From the NCBI GenBank assembly GCA_012842045.1, contig DUTP01000006.1:10979-74978 (forward strand): DNA of 64,000 nucleotides, in the 5' to 3' direction. Below are positions 36,645 through 45,940 of this stretch, piece by piece. Numbering within the stretch: the first letter of the stretch is position 1; each line of letters opens with the position of its first letter. The position numbers were made by a program, and so were the translations under genes. The notes below the pieces were generated by a model. That model saw only the letters and a program-made list of their open reading frames with translations, was not told the origin of the DNA and searched no databases. Source of the DNA: Candidatus Dojkabacteria bacterium (lineage in GTDB: Bacteria > Patescibacteriota > Dojkabacteria > SC72).

Positions 36645-37739
36645 TTGATGAAAACATTTTTTAAAAGAATAATCACAATTACATTATTTGTTGTACTATT
36701 TGCATCTTTTGCATCTTCTCAATCTTTTGCAGAAGAGACTGTGGAGAAGAAATCAGTAAATAAAGTTGAAAGTTCTTCTGGTTTAAAGCAATTGGATATG
36801 ACAATTCCTGATATAACAGATAATCCTAGTTTTATCCTAACATTTAAAGATCCTTCAGAGAAGAAAGAAGGTGTTCATCTTAAGATAAATGGTAAAGATT
36901 CAGAAGTCATAACTAGTCCGTATACTTTACCTGCTCTTAGTATTGGTAATCATGTCCTTTCTTTTAAATTTGTAGATGAGTATGGCTTAACACAAACTTT
37001 TGAGGAAGAAATTATAATAATTCCAAGAGCCCCAATTTTAAATACTCCAATTAAGAATGTTGATGATATTACGATTTCCGGGTCAGCATTGGCAGGCTCA
37101 GAAGTGGTATTAATTATTAGTTCTAATCAAAAAATGTTTACTAGAATTGCAGAGGTTGATAAGGATGGTCTTTGGAGTGTACAGATAGTAGAGGAGATGC
37201 CAGAAGATATATATTCATTCTCTGCATTTACAAGGAAATATGGTTACGCTAGTAATTTAGCTGATGCTTTAACACTTGATCTTACTGGAGTTAAGCCTGT
37301 TGTTAGTGAGAATTCTAAGGAAAAAATTCATTTTGCATTTAAAGATATTACTAAGAATAATATCAATGAGGTTTTTAGTGGAAATGTAGATCTTTTAGTA
37401 CTCGTAGGAAGTTTGTTTCTAATAGGTCTCCTTCTCGGTTTTTTGTTTTCCTCTTTGATTAAGAAAAGGAAAGAAAACAAAGTAATAAATGAGGTTTCTA
37501 AGACTTTAGAGAAACCAGTTGTTGGAGAGGAAAAACCTTTGACTTTACTAGAGAAATTAAAAGATAAAACTGTAAATATTGAGAATCCTGTAGAAGAAGA
37601 GAAAGAACCTAAAGAGAAACCAGTAAAGAAAAATGAGAAAGAGAACAAAGGAGAAAAAATTGTTACTAAGATAGATTTCTTGAAAAACTATCAAGAACAT
37701 GACCCTGATGATGATAGAGGTAAAGAGAAAAAGAAGTAG
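36645..37739 (+). CDS. Surface protein: signal peptide, beta-rich ectodomain, TM, Lys/Glu-rich tail
   Basis: 364 aa. MMKTFFKRIITITLFVVLFASFASSQSFA; TM LVLVGSLFLIGLLLGFLFSSL followed by IKKRKENK; KE-rich tail. Confidence 0.5.
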   Translation: MMKTFFKRIITITLFVVLFASFASSQSFAEETVEKKSVNKVESSSGLKQLDMTIPDITDNPSFILTFKDPSEKKEGVHLKINGKDSEVITSPYTLPALSIGNHVLSFKFVDEYGLTQTFEEEIIIIPRAPILNTPIKNVDDITISGSALAGSEVVLIISSNQKMFTRIAEVDKDGLWSVQIVEEMPEDIYSFSAFTRKYGYASNLADALTLDLTGVKPVVSENSKEKIHFAFKDITKNNINEVFSGNVDLLVLVGSLFLIGLLLGFLFSSLIKKRKENKVINEVSKTLEKPVVGEEKPLTLLEKLKDKTVNIENPVEEEKEPKEKPVKKNEKENKGEKIVTKIDFLKNYQEHDPDDDRGKEKKK

Positions 37740-37769
37740 GATATGGTAAAATCCTAGTTGTCCAGATAA

Positions 37770-37853
37770 GCCAAAGTGGTGGAATTGGCAGACACGCTAC
37801 ATTCAGGATGTAGTCCTAGAAATAGGGTGGGGGTTCAACTCCCCCCTTTGGCA
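37770..37853 (+). tRNA. tRNA-Leu (anticodon CAG), type II with a long variable arm
   Basis: Acceptor GCCAAAG/CTTTGGC with discriminator A. D-arm TGGTGGAATTGGCAGACACG. Anticodon stem CTACA/TGTAG with loop TTCAGGA. Variable arm TCCTAGAAATAGGGT. T-arm GGGGG-TTCAACT-CCCCC. No encoded CCA. Confidence 0.8.
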
Positions 37854-37863
37854 CTCTGGTTTT

Positions 37864-39639
37864 TTATTCCCAAGTCCATTCTTCTATATTATGAAATCTG
37901 TCATATGCGTGATTTATGCTTTCTAAATCTAGTCCTTCTAGATTATCTTTAGTAATATATTCAAAAACAGGGGTGTATAGGAATATAGCAGGAGCATCTG
38001 CAACTAAATACTTCTGGAATAAATCATATTTCTGTTTCCTAGTATTTCTATTATTACTCTGTCTTCCTTCTTCTAGAAGAATATCGACTCTATCATACTC
38101 ATATCCAGAGAGATTAAGGTCAGGATAATTAATCTTAAGTGAATGCCAGAGATTGTATTGGTCTGGGTCAGTACTTGTCTCAACTTCATATAACAACATC
38201 TCAAAATTCCTAGTGGAAATGGCTTCTTGTGTAATTTGCTCATATGACATTCCTACAGGTTTTATAAAGACTCCTTCTTTTGCATAATAATCTACTAGAA
38301 GACTAACTAGTCTGTTGTTACTATCATTCTCAAAATATGTGATAGAGAAAGAAAAAATATTCCCATCAGGGTCTTCATAATACCCACTATTCTCATTCCT
38401 CTTGTAATGAAGAGAATTTAAAGTTTCCTCAGCCTTTTGTGGATTGTAAGAAAGATAATCAATATCTCTATTATAAAACCAAGAATCTTCAGGTATAGGA
38501 CCATTTAAAATATCTCCACCTATATTGTACTCTTCAATTAAATCATCTTTGTTTAACAGTGTACTTAAAACAACTCTAACCTTCTTATCTTTCAAAGAAT
38601 CTTTTCTTGTATTTAGAAATATAATTCTCTCTCGGTCTGTGATATGTAGCAAGTGTTTTTCATATCCAGAATATTCTTCAGTATATTTACTAGCTTCTCT
38701 GTCCCATGAACCAATTGCATCTAAATCACCAATTCTAAAAGCATTCTCTAAAGCTTTAGAATCAGGATATATCTTAAATACAATCTCCTTTATCTCAGGA
38801 TTATATTTGTCATACTTATTATCTCTAAGAACAACGCTACCTGTATCAATTTTAACTAACTCATACTTTCCACTTCCCATCGGCTTCTTTGAGAATGGAT
38901 CAAATGCAATCTTTGATACACTAACCTCTTCTAACTTTGATTTTGGAATTATTGCAATAGAAACTGCACGGAAGAATAGGGGATTAGCTTCTTTTGTTTT
39001 AAATCGAATGGTTTGTTCATCAATTTTTTCTACTTCAACATTACTAAAAGCTGAACCAACAGAGTCAAAACTTTCTTTCTCTGACAGTGCTATTGCAGTA
39101 TTAAATGTAAAAAGTACATCATCAACTGTTAATCTTGTACCATCATGCCAGTAAGAAGTATCATCTATCACAAAATCATAAACCAAACCTTTTTCTTTTA
39201 TTTCCCAACTCTTAGCAACACCTGGAGAGGGTTCTCCATTCTTATCTATATATATGAAATTCTCAAAGACTAAGCTTCTAATGGATCTCTCTATATAGTT
39301 GTTTGTAACAAATAGAGGGTTTAATGTATTAACACTTCCTACAACACCTTCTACGAATGTGTCTTTTTTAATATGCCTTGAAAATTTCTGTTTTACAGTA
39401 TCAGATTGTAGAAGCATTACAAAAAGGAAAACCAGAAGACCAAAGATTATAATATAGCTAAGAGGTATTAGTTTTTTGTAAAGAGTTTTGAGAAATATTG
39501 GATAATTCCAAAAAATATCTCTGATATCGAATTTCTTCTCAGAGGGAGAGTCTTTTACTTTGAAGTCTATATCTTCCAGAGCATCTTGTATAGAAGATAT
39601 TCCTTTTGAAGATATGTCTGCTTTCTTTTCCTTCTTCAT
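37864..39639 (-). CDS. Extracellular solute-binding protein, ABC family 5 (peptide/nickel type), membrane-anchored
   Basis: N-terminal TM. 591 aa with the length and pattern of family-5 SBPs (OppA/DppA-like). No transporter partner genes adjacent. Confidence 0.6.
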   Translation of the reverse strand: MKKEKKADISSKGISSIQDALEDIDFKVKDSPSEKKFDIRDIFWNYPIFLKTLYKKLIPLSYIIIFGLLVFLFVMLLQSDTVKQKFSRHIKKDTFVEGVVGSVNTLNPLFVTNNYIERSIRSLVFENFIYIDKNGEPSPGVAKSWEIKEKGLVYDFVIDDTSYWHDGTRLTVDDVLFTFNTAIALSEKESFDSVGSAFSNVEVEKIDEQTIRFKTKEANPLFFRAVSIAIIPKSKLEEVSVSKIAFDPFSKKPMGSGKYELVKIDTGSVVLRDNKYDKYNPEIKEIVFKIYPDSKALENAFRIGDLDAIGSWDREASKYTEEYSGYEKHLLHITDRERIIFLNTRKDSLKDKKVRVVLSTLLNKDDLIEEYNIGGDILNGPIPEDSWFYNRDIDYLSYNPQKAEETLNSLHYKRNENSGYYEDPDGNIFSFSITYFENDSNNRLVSLLVDYYAKEGVFIKPVGMSYEQITQEAISTRNFEMLLYEVETSTDPDQYNLWHSLKINYPDLNLSGYEYDRVDILLEEGRQSNNRNTRKQKYDLFQKYLVADAPAIFLYTPVFEYITKDNLEGLDLESINHAYDRFHNIEEWTWE

Positions 39640-39661
39640 ATGCAGTAAGTGAAATTATCTA

Positions 39662-39883
39662 CTACTTAGAAGATATTTTTAAGATGAGAAGAGATAGAAC
39701 AACTAAAACTAATATCAATACTATTGTAAAGTAGTAGAGAAACTTTTCTAAACCTCTTTTTGTTCTAAATATCTCTCCGCCACCTCCAAACATTTGACCT
39801 AGTCCTTCAGCTCTATTCTGCAAAAGAACACTAGCTACTAGTAAGCAACAGACAACTATTTGTAATATTAGTAATCCTTTCAT
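39662..39883 (-). CDS. secG: Preprotein translocase subunit SecG
   Basis: 73 aa with two TM helices flanking a Gly-rich loop (LGQMFGGGGEIFRTKRGLEKFL). Confidence 0.7.
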   Translation of the reverse strand: MKGLLILQIVVCCLLVASVLLQNRAEGLGQMFGGGGEIFRTKRGLEKFLYYFTIVLILVLVVLSLLILKISSK

Positions 39884-39910
39884 GGGAGATATTATACACT
39901 AAAACTTTAA

Positions 39911-40321
39911 TTATTGCTTCCTATCAAGCTCTTTGTAAACAGACATAAGGAAAGAAGATAGGAAGGATACTAATACAATAGATACTATTGGAGGTGCTGT
40001 AAACTTCTTGATTTCTAAACTCCCAGCCCTTAAGCCTTCGAATACAAAATCATTAATTGCGAAATCAACCATAAACATTTTCATTAAGTAGAGGACTCCT
40101 GTTAGTAGTAGTGTCCCCATTACTAAGAATGTTAGGAAGTTACACTTTATTGTTAAGAAATTAAGGATAGGGCATGTTACGAGCAATGCTAAACCTCCTG
40201 CTAGTAAGACAATGAAGAGATATATAGGGGATGAAGGTAGATGGATGTTTGCTTGGAATAGTGATAACAAGAAATAGAATACTAACATACTAACAAAAAC
40301 TAATTTTGTACCCTCTTTCAT
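39911..40321 (-). CDS. Small 4-TM membrane protein, DUF360 / phage-holin-4-like
   Basis: 136 aa with four hydrophobic helices. The central part resembles the DUF360 pattern (..lP..lT.G...lv.n.l.l.l.a.l..gF.v.G...a). Confidence 0.3.
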   Translation of the reverse strand: MKEGTKLVFVSMLVFYFLLSLFQANIHLPSSPIYLFIVLLAGGLALLVTCPILNFLTIKCNFLTFLVMGTLLLTGVLYLMKMFMVDFAINDFVFEGLRAGSLEIKKFTAPPIVSIVLVSFLSSFLMSVYKELDRKQ

Positions 40322-40416
40322 TTTCAGAAATATTTAATTAAGTTCTCTACAAACAAGAATACTATGTTTTAGTGAGAATTACAAAAGAGAGGTAATATTT
40401 CTGATTTAGTATATAA

Positions 40417-41445
40417 TTGAATATGTTTAATGAAATGACAGATAAAAAAGAAAACGAAAACTCTTTAGATTCATATACTCTTGATGAACTCAAAAGTGTT
40501 AGTTTGCCCACAAACTTAGCACTACATGCTCATCCTATCCAAGTAGAAGAAGGGAAGAGTGAGTACTCTAAGACAATGGAGAATCTAGGAGAAGTTGTTA
40601 GTGAGTTAAATCGAAGATTGGGTGATGAAAAATGTGCATTTGGAGGTAGCATGGCTATGTATCTTCTTTGGAATAATCTAATGAAAGAAGATAGTAGCAT
40701 TGATATAAAAGACAGATTAAATGAAAGAATAAGGGGAGGAAAGAATGATTATGACTTAATGCTTGAGTCTGGGAGGAAGAATAGTGTAATGGAGAAATTG
40801 GGATTTAAGGATTCTGATATGAAGTTAGAAAGAGGACTTGTTGCTAATCATATGGTAGACATTCTCCATCGTCCAGAGAAGAGAAGTTTCCCAAACGAGA
40901 AGATTATCATAAAAGAACAAGAGTTCTATGTCCAAAATCCTTACGATAGTTTGTTTGAAAAACTAACTGCTCTTGCATATCCTCAGATTGATGATTCAGG
41001 TAATGAAAGACCGAAAGAATTAAAATGGGGTGTAGATGCAAAGTTATACAAATTGTATTTACAGCTTTCTGATAAAATAAGTGAAGATGAATTGAATGAA
41101 AAGCTTGCAGAATTATGGCCAAAGTATAAGGAGGAAACAAGAGAAGTTAGAGCAAAAGAAACAGCATTGGAAATGGACTCAGGGAAGAGTGCAAAAGATA
41201 TAATTGCAAATATGTTTAAAATGCCTTTCTCTTCTGATGAGGAGTTGATATTAAAAGCTCAAGAATTGTATCCAAATGTACCAACAGATTTAATTGTTGA
41301 TTTGATAGGTTCTGTGGATAAGGAATCTTTTGTTGAGAACATAATGAGGGTGTTTAAGATTATGGATAAAGAATCAGATTCTTACTCAGAGATGCATAGT
41401 AAGGCAGAGGAGAATTATAGTGTGATTTCGTTGGAGGAAAATTAG
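40417..41445 (+). CDS. Hypothetical cytoplasmic protein, possible nucleotidyltransferase fold
   Basis: 342 aa, no TM. GGS...SIDIKD...NDYDLML loosely resembles a polymerase-beta-like NTase GS/[DE]h[DE]h motif pair, but the spacing is non-canonical. Confidence 0.3.
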   Translation: MNMFNEMTDKKENENSLDSYTLDELKSVSLPTNLALHAHPIQVEEGKSEYSKTMENLGEVVSELNRRLGDEKCAFGGSMAMYLLWNNLMKEDSSIDIKDRLNERIRGGKNDYDLMLESGRKNSVMEKLGFKDSDMKLERGLVANHMVDILHRPEKRSFPNEKIIIKEQEFYVQNPYDSLFEKLTALAYPQIDDSGNERPKELKWGVDAKLYKLYLQLSDKISEDELNEKLAELWPKYKEETREVRAKETALEMDSGKSAKDIIANMFKMPFSSDEELILKAQELYPNVPTDLIVDLIGSVDKESFVENIMRVFKIMDKESDSYSEMHSKAEENYSVISLEEN

Positions 41446-41466
41446 TATATCTCGTTTTTTTTGAAG

Positions 41467-41533
41467 TGTCCGATTTTTGCGGACAGTTTGTGTTTTCAGT
41501 TGTCCGATTTTAACGGACAGCTGTTTTTTTATT
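41467..41533 (+). terminator. Two tandem GC-rich hairpins (TGTCCG-N7-CGGACA, two copies), the second followed by T7. Terminator for the 40417-41445 gene.
   Basis: gTGTCCGatttttgCGGACAgtttgtgttttcagtTGTCCGattttaaCGGACAgctgtttttttatt. Two further hairpins follow: AGTTGGTGA-N7-TCACCAACT at about 41571-41595 and GTACG-N7-CGTAC near 41610. Confidence 0.6.
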
Positions 41534-41639
41534 AGAAGAGCGATTAATAAGGCATAAAGTTGTCTTTTTAAGTTGGTGATAATTTGTCACCAACTGCATT
41601 GTGTGAACTGTACGATATTTTCGTACATCTCGTTTTTAC

Positions 41640-42671
41640 TTACTCCTTAGATATTTTCGCAATAAAGAAACCCATCATCATCTTGTTAGGAACAATCCTA
41701 ATGGCATTCTTTACTTGCTTATCATAAACATTACCACTCCATTTTCTAATACCAGGTTTAATAAAATCTTCTAACTCTGGCATTGATTTAACAATTTCAT
41801 CTTTAAGTTCAATCTTCTCTACTTTTGCATTTGGGAATGTTTTCAAGAGGTGAGTAAGTACTCCTTCATTCTCTTCCGGCTCTAATGTACAAGTAGAGTA
41901 AACCATATAACTACCATGTTTCAATGTCTTAAAAGCAGAAATAACTAGCTCCTTTTGAATAAACACACTTCTTTTCACCTTATCCATACTCCAGAATCTC
42001 AAAGGCTTAGGACCTTTGAAATATATCAAACCCTCACCACTACATGGAGCATCTAAAAGAACCTTGTCAAAATATACAGGATATTTCTGTCCAAATTCTT
42101 TACCATCACTAAGTGTAACCTTTGCTTTAGCACCGAACTGATCTACAACACTCTGAAGGTCAGAAATCCTGTTCATATCAATATCATTTGCAATTATATT
42201 GGCATTGTTACTTACCATATCAGCAATATGTGTAGTCTTACTACCAGGAGCAGCACACATATCTAATATTTTCTCATTCTTCTTTGGATCTAATATCAAT
42301 GTAGCTAAAATACTAGAAAGATTCTGAATGTAATACTTACCATCATCATACAACTCTGTTTGAGAAACCTCTGCCTTATCCTTATTCATTACAAAATATG
42401 TGTTCTCTGACCAAGGAATCTCCTCAAGCTCATATCCTCTTCCTAGTAGCTCCTTCTTTGTTTCTTCAACATCACCCATTAATGAATTTAACCTAATTGT
42501 TGTAATTGGTCGTTGTGAGAATATCCAAGGCACTTTTCCCTTAGGCACCATCAAAATACTAGCCATTCTTGAAACAAAAACATCATCTTTTGTGTAGAAC
42601 CTATCCCTAATAGGTCTGTGTGTAAAAGCATCTCTTTTCTTTTTGTAACTAGATCGTTTTCTCTTCTTCAT
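41640..42671 (-). CDS. rRNA/tRNA cytosine-C5 methyltransferase, NOL1/NOP2/Sun (RsmB/RsmF) family
   Basis: SAM-binding motif ILDMCAAPGSKTTHIADM, catalytic Cys motifs (LLDAPCSGEG, VYSTCTLEPEENE). Confidence 0.8.
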   Translation of the reverse strand: MKKRKRSSYKKKRDAFTHRPIRDRFYTKDDVFVSRMASILMVPKGKVPWIFSQRPITTIRLNSLMGDVEETKKELLGRGYELEEIPWSENTYFVMNKDKAEVSQTELYDDGKYYIQNLSSILATLILDPKKNEKILDMCAAPGSKTTHIADMVSNNANIIANDIDMNRISDLQSVVDQFGAKAKVTLSDGKEFGQKYPVYFDKVLLDAPCSGEGLIYFKGPKPLRFWSMDKVKRSVFIQKELVISAFKTLKHGSYMVYSTCTLEPEENEGVLTHLLKTFPNAKVEKIELKDEIVKSMPELEDFIKPGIRKWSGNVYDKQVKNAIRIVPNKMMMGFFIAKISKE

Positions 42672-42673
42672 GG

Positions 42674-43411
42674 CTATAGTTCTCCTTTAAGGTATTTAAC
42701 AATACTACCAATTACTAATCCTGTTGTCTCTGTTCTTAATATATTTCCTTTTAACTTAATAAATTCGAAATTTAGTTCTTTAAAAATTTCTAAATCTGAG
42801 ATATCCCATCCTCTCTCTGGACCAATTGCAACTATTACTGGTCTCTCAATATTAGCCTTCTTTAAAATATCTTGTAAATATTTAGCATCATGAACTTCTG
42901 TAGCTAAACAAATTTTTACAGAATCTTTTGGGAAGTTGTAATTAACTAATTCTTTAATTCGTAAGGGTCTCTCAATTATAGTAGGAAATATATTTCTAGA
43001 TTGTTCTGTTGCATCTCTTACTAACTTGTTCCAATATCCAGTATCTTTAATAGCTTTGTTCTTCTTTTTTAGTGAATACTTAGATTCAACAGGTATTATC
43101 TTCTCAATTCCTATCTCTACACTTTTTTCAATGAAGAAGTTAAACTTTGTATCATTACTTAGTGATTGAATAATTGTAATATCAGGGATATGTTCGGATT
43201 CTCTTCCACCTAAATCCTCAATAATTTGTACTTCAACAGAAGCAGGTAGGATATCAGATATTTGTGCAAGGAATCTTCTCTCATATGTCTCTATTTCAAT
43301 GTAGTCTTCTATTTTCAACTTCCCTTCTTCAATGATATTTCTACTATCTGAATCAGAAAGATATGTAATATCTTCAACAGAGAGTTTGTGTTTTACAAAG
43401 AATTTTTGCAT
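42674..43411 (-). CDS. rsmE: 16S rRNA (uracil1498-N3)-methyltransferase RsmE
   Basis: N-terminal PUA-like domain. C-terminal SPOUT domain with VIVAIGPERGWDISDLEIF (GPEGG-type motif). Confidence 0.7.
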   Translation of the reverse strand: MQKFFVKHKLSVEDITYLSDSDSRNIIEEGKLKIEDYIEIETYERRFLAQISDILPASVEVQIIEDLGGRESEHIPDITIIQSLSNDTKFNFFIEKSVEIGIEKIIPVESKYSLKKKNKAIKDTGYWNKLVRDATEQSRNIFPTIIERPLRIKELVNYNFPKDSVKICLATEVHDAKYLQDILKKANIERPVIVAIGPERGWDISDLEIFKELNFEFIKLKGNILRTETTGLVIGSIVKYLKGEL

Positions 43412-43553
43412 GTCTAATTATACCTCACTATCACCTGATGTGGTATTGTAACTTTGTTGGTCAGAACTTGACTTCACTAAGATAATCTAGTTATATATTT
43501 ATATAAACAGTAGTATTACTGTTTGTTCAGATTAAATTAAGTTAGTAGAAAAT

Positions 43554-43835
43554 ATGGAAACAATACCACCACTGTTTTGGATGCTAATAGTTACTCTTCT
43601 AACAGGGTTACTGTCTTTCATTCTCTATCAAATAGGGATGTTCATAAAAGAGAGCCGAAATACGTTGAAAAATGTAGATAGTATGGTAAGTGATGCTAAT
43701 TCTATAGTGTCCACAGTAAAGGGGACAGTTGAGGAGGTCAATGATGCGATAATAAAGCCAATAAGAGGCATTGGTGCTGGTATGTCTGCAATTAGTGGTT
43801 TTCTTTCTGGTTTGAGGGGAGATAGGGAAGAATAG
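43554..43835 (+). CDS. Small membrane-anchored protein (DUF948-like: TM plus helical region)
   Basis: 93 aa. N-terminal TM (LFWMLIVTLLTGLLSFILY), then a helical, Gly/Ala-rich C-terminus. Confidence 0.4.
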   Translation: METIPPLFWMLIVTLLTGLLSFILYQIGMFIKESRNTLKNVDSMVSDANSIVSTVKGTVEEVNDAIIKPIRGIGAGMSAISGFLSGLRGDREE

Positions 43836-43899
43836 AGAATATTCTTTTTTGTGAATAGAGAGATTGTAATATCACCTATTTCTAGGTATCATAGTCTTA

Positions 43900-45915
43900 A
43901 TGAAAGTAGCTTATTTACCTCAGGTAAAAAGAAAGAAGAATATTATCCTAATTATACTTGCGTTAGCACTTCCTCTTTTAGTGTTTGCTGTATATCAGGT
44001 TGTAGAGTGGAGGTCCAGAGCTTCTGGGAATCAGGCGCCAAAGAACGTAGTCATTAGTAGTATTACTCGGAGTCAGTTCGTTATATCATGGACGACAGAT
44101 GGTAAGGCTAACGGTTCTGTAGTTTTACTTGACGATGGTGAGAGAGGTAAAGTGTATGTCGACCAAAGAGGAAGTTCTAAAAGATACTATACTCATCGTG
44201 TAGAACTTTCAAATCTATCTCCAAATACAGTGTACAAGTTTTTAATAAAGTCTGAGAATAAGGAATATGCATCTAGTGAAGGTAAAGAATTAGTTTTTAA
44301 AACTCCAGCTCATACACCTATTCCGACTCCAAAACTTGCGTATGGGAAAATAGACACTACATCAAAAAATGATGTTCTAGTATATATACTTTTGAGTGAT
44401 AAAAGCTCATATCCTGTGTCTACAGTATTATCTAGTACCAATGAATGGACTGTAGATCTCTTTCCTCTTCTAAAGATATTAGGTATGGAGAGAATTGAAG
44501 TTGGAGATGATACAAAATTAACGGTACTTGCTACTGATGGAAGAGGTAGAGGTGGTGTTTTGGAAGGTAGCTTTTCAACACTTTTTCATAGTACTGGAGC
44601 ATTGAAAGAAACATATGTTTTAGGATTAGATGAAGGAAAGGATATATACCCATATATTCCAGCGGAAGCAAAATTGGCAATAGGCTATCCTCCTGCAGAT
44701 GGTACATGTTGGTATTTTGATAGAGGTGTTTGTAAGGAAACAACTAATTGTTCTGTTCCGAAGAGATATTTAACAAAGGAATTGTGTGAGAGTGCTAATC
44801 TAGATGATCCTTATGACCCAGATCCTAGAGATCCTGACCCTTACGATCCGGACCCCAGAGATCCAAATGATCCTTACGATCCAGATTCTAGAGATCCTAA
44901 TGACCCAGATAATCCCGACTATCCTCCTGACTATGAATTTACAAATAGGCAGTATAGGATAATATACAGTCTTAGGTGGACTGATTTAGTACCCACATCA
45001 CAGTCAGAGGGAGGTGTTAGTACTGGAGCAAAGAGTGTAAGGGTGGTGGATATAAGTGACACTGGCTTTACAGTGCTGTGGAGAACAAGAGAGAAAGAAG
45101 AGGGGTATTTGAAATATGGAACTTCTCTTGGAGGATTAAATAATGTTGCATCAGACAGGAGGGATGGTGAACTTGTAAGGGGAGAGCACTATTTGCACAT
45201 AGTTGAAGTGTCTAAGCTTCAACCTGAAACAAAATATTATTTTAACGTTGTATCAGGGAAAGAAACATACACAAATGACGGTGCTGGTTTTACTGCGACA
45301 ACGTTTAAAACGATAGACAAGGCAGGTAATTTCTTCAGTTTAATAGGGGAACTAACTGGTATGCCAGAACATAAAGAAGTGATATTAATCTCTCATATAA
45401 AGGATGGTGATAACAAAGGTACTAAAGGAACAAGTACATCTGTTTCCTCTCTTGTGAATGAGGATGGAAGCTGGGGGATAACAATCTCAAATATGAGGAC
45501 TGAGGATGGAAGTGACTACTTTAAACATACGGTAGGTGATGATTTAATAATCGAACCATATACAACTTTTAGTTCAGCACAAGAAAAGATAAGTATGGAC
45601 GGAATAGATTTGAAAGATATTGTAATAGGCTTAGAAGAAGGTGATTCTCCAAAATCAATAAAGAAAGTATTAGCACCAAGATTGCAAAACTATGGAATAA
45701 CAGGTTCTGCTCAACCTCTTGCTCCTACATCTGGGTCTCCAGAGTCGAGTGGGAATTCTGACACATACTCTGGTGAAACTCCAAACACAGGAGTTTTAGA
45801 TTCTTTCTGGGGTGTTTTGCTTATATCAGTCTCTCTTTTAGGTGGTGGTGTGGTATTATATTTTTCTTTAAGGAAAAAAGATAAAAAGAGTGCTAAAATG
45901 AAAAGCAGTCTTTAA
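43900..45915 (+). CDS. Large surface protein: N-terminal TM anchor, two PAP-N/FN3-like domains, Asp-Pro repeat linker, C-terminal sorting-signal-like tail
   Basis: 671 aa. Domains FVISWTTDGKANGSVVLL...HRVELSNLSPNTVYKFLI and FTVLWRTREKEEGYLKYG...HIVEVSKLQPETKYYFNV. Asp-Pro repeat DPYDPDPRDPDPYDPDPRDPNDPYDPDSRDPNDPDNPDYPPDY. C-terminus ...SGETPNTGVLDSFWGVLLISVSLLGGGVVLYFSLRKKDKKSAKMKSSL. Confidence 0.55.
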   Translation: MKVAYLPQVKRKKNIILIILALALPLLVFAVYQVVEWRSRASGNQAPKNVVISSITRSQFVISWTTDGKANGSVVLLDDGERGKVYVDQRGSSKRYYTHRVELSNLSPNTVYKFLIKSENKEYASSEGKELVFKTPAHTPIPTPKLAYGKIDTTSKNDVLVYILLSDKSSYPVSTVLSSTNEWTVDLFPLLKILGMERIEVGDDTKLTVLATDGRGRGGVLEGSFSTLFHSTGALKETYVLGLDEGKDIYPYIPAEAKLAIGYPPADGTCWYFDRGVCKETTNCSVPKRYLTKELCESANLDDPYDPDPRDPDPYDPDPRDPNDPYDPDSRDPNDPDNPDYPPDYEFTNRQYRIIYSLRWTDLVPTSQSEGGVSTGAKSVRVVDISDTGFTVLWRTREKEEGYLKYGTSLGGLNNVASDRRDGELVRGEHYLHIVEVSKLQPETKYYFNVVSGKETYTNDGAGFTATTFKTIDKAGNFFSLIGELTGMPEHKEVILISHIKDGDNKGTKGTSTSVSSLVNEDGSWGITISNMRTEDGSDYFKHTVGDDLIIEPYTTFSSAQEKISMDGIDLKDIVIGLEEGDSPKSIKKVLAPRLQNYGITGSAQPLAPTSGSPESSGNSDTYSGETPNTGVLDSFWGVLLISVSLLGGGVVLYFSLRKKDKKSAKMKSSL

Positions 45916-45940
45916 TTAATTGAATATAATTAGAGGATAA

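Noticed and set aside
43851-44057. 68-aa + strand ORF overlapping the start of the 43900-45915 gene
   Set aside because: It is in a different frame and almost fully overlapped by the 671-aa ORF, with a low-complexity translation. It is most likely spurious.
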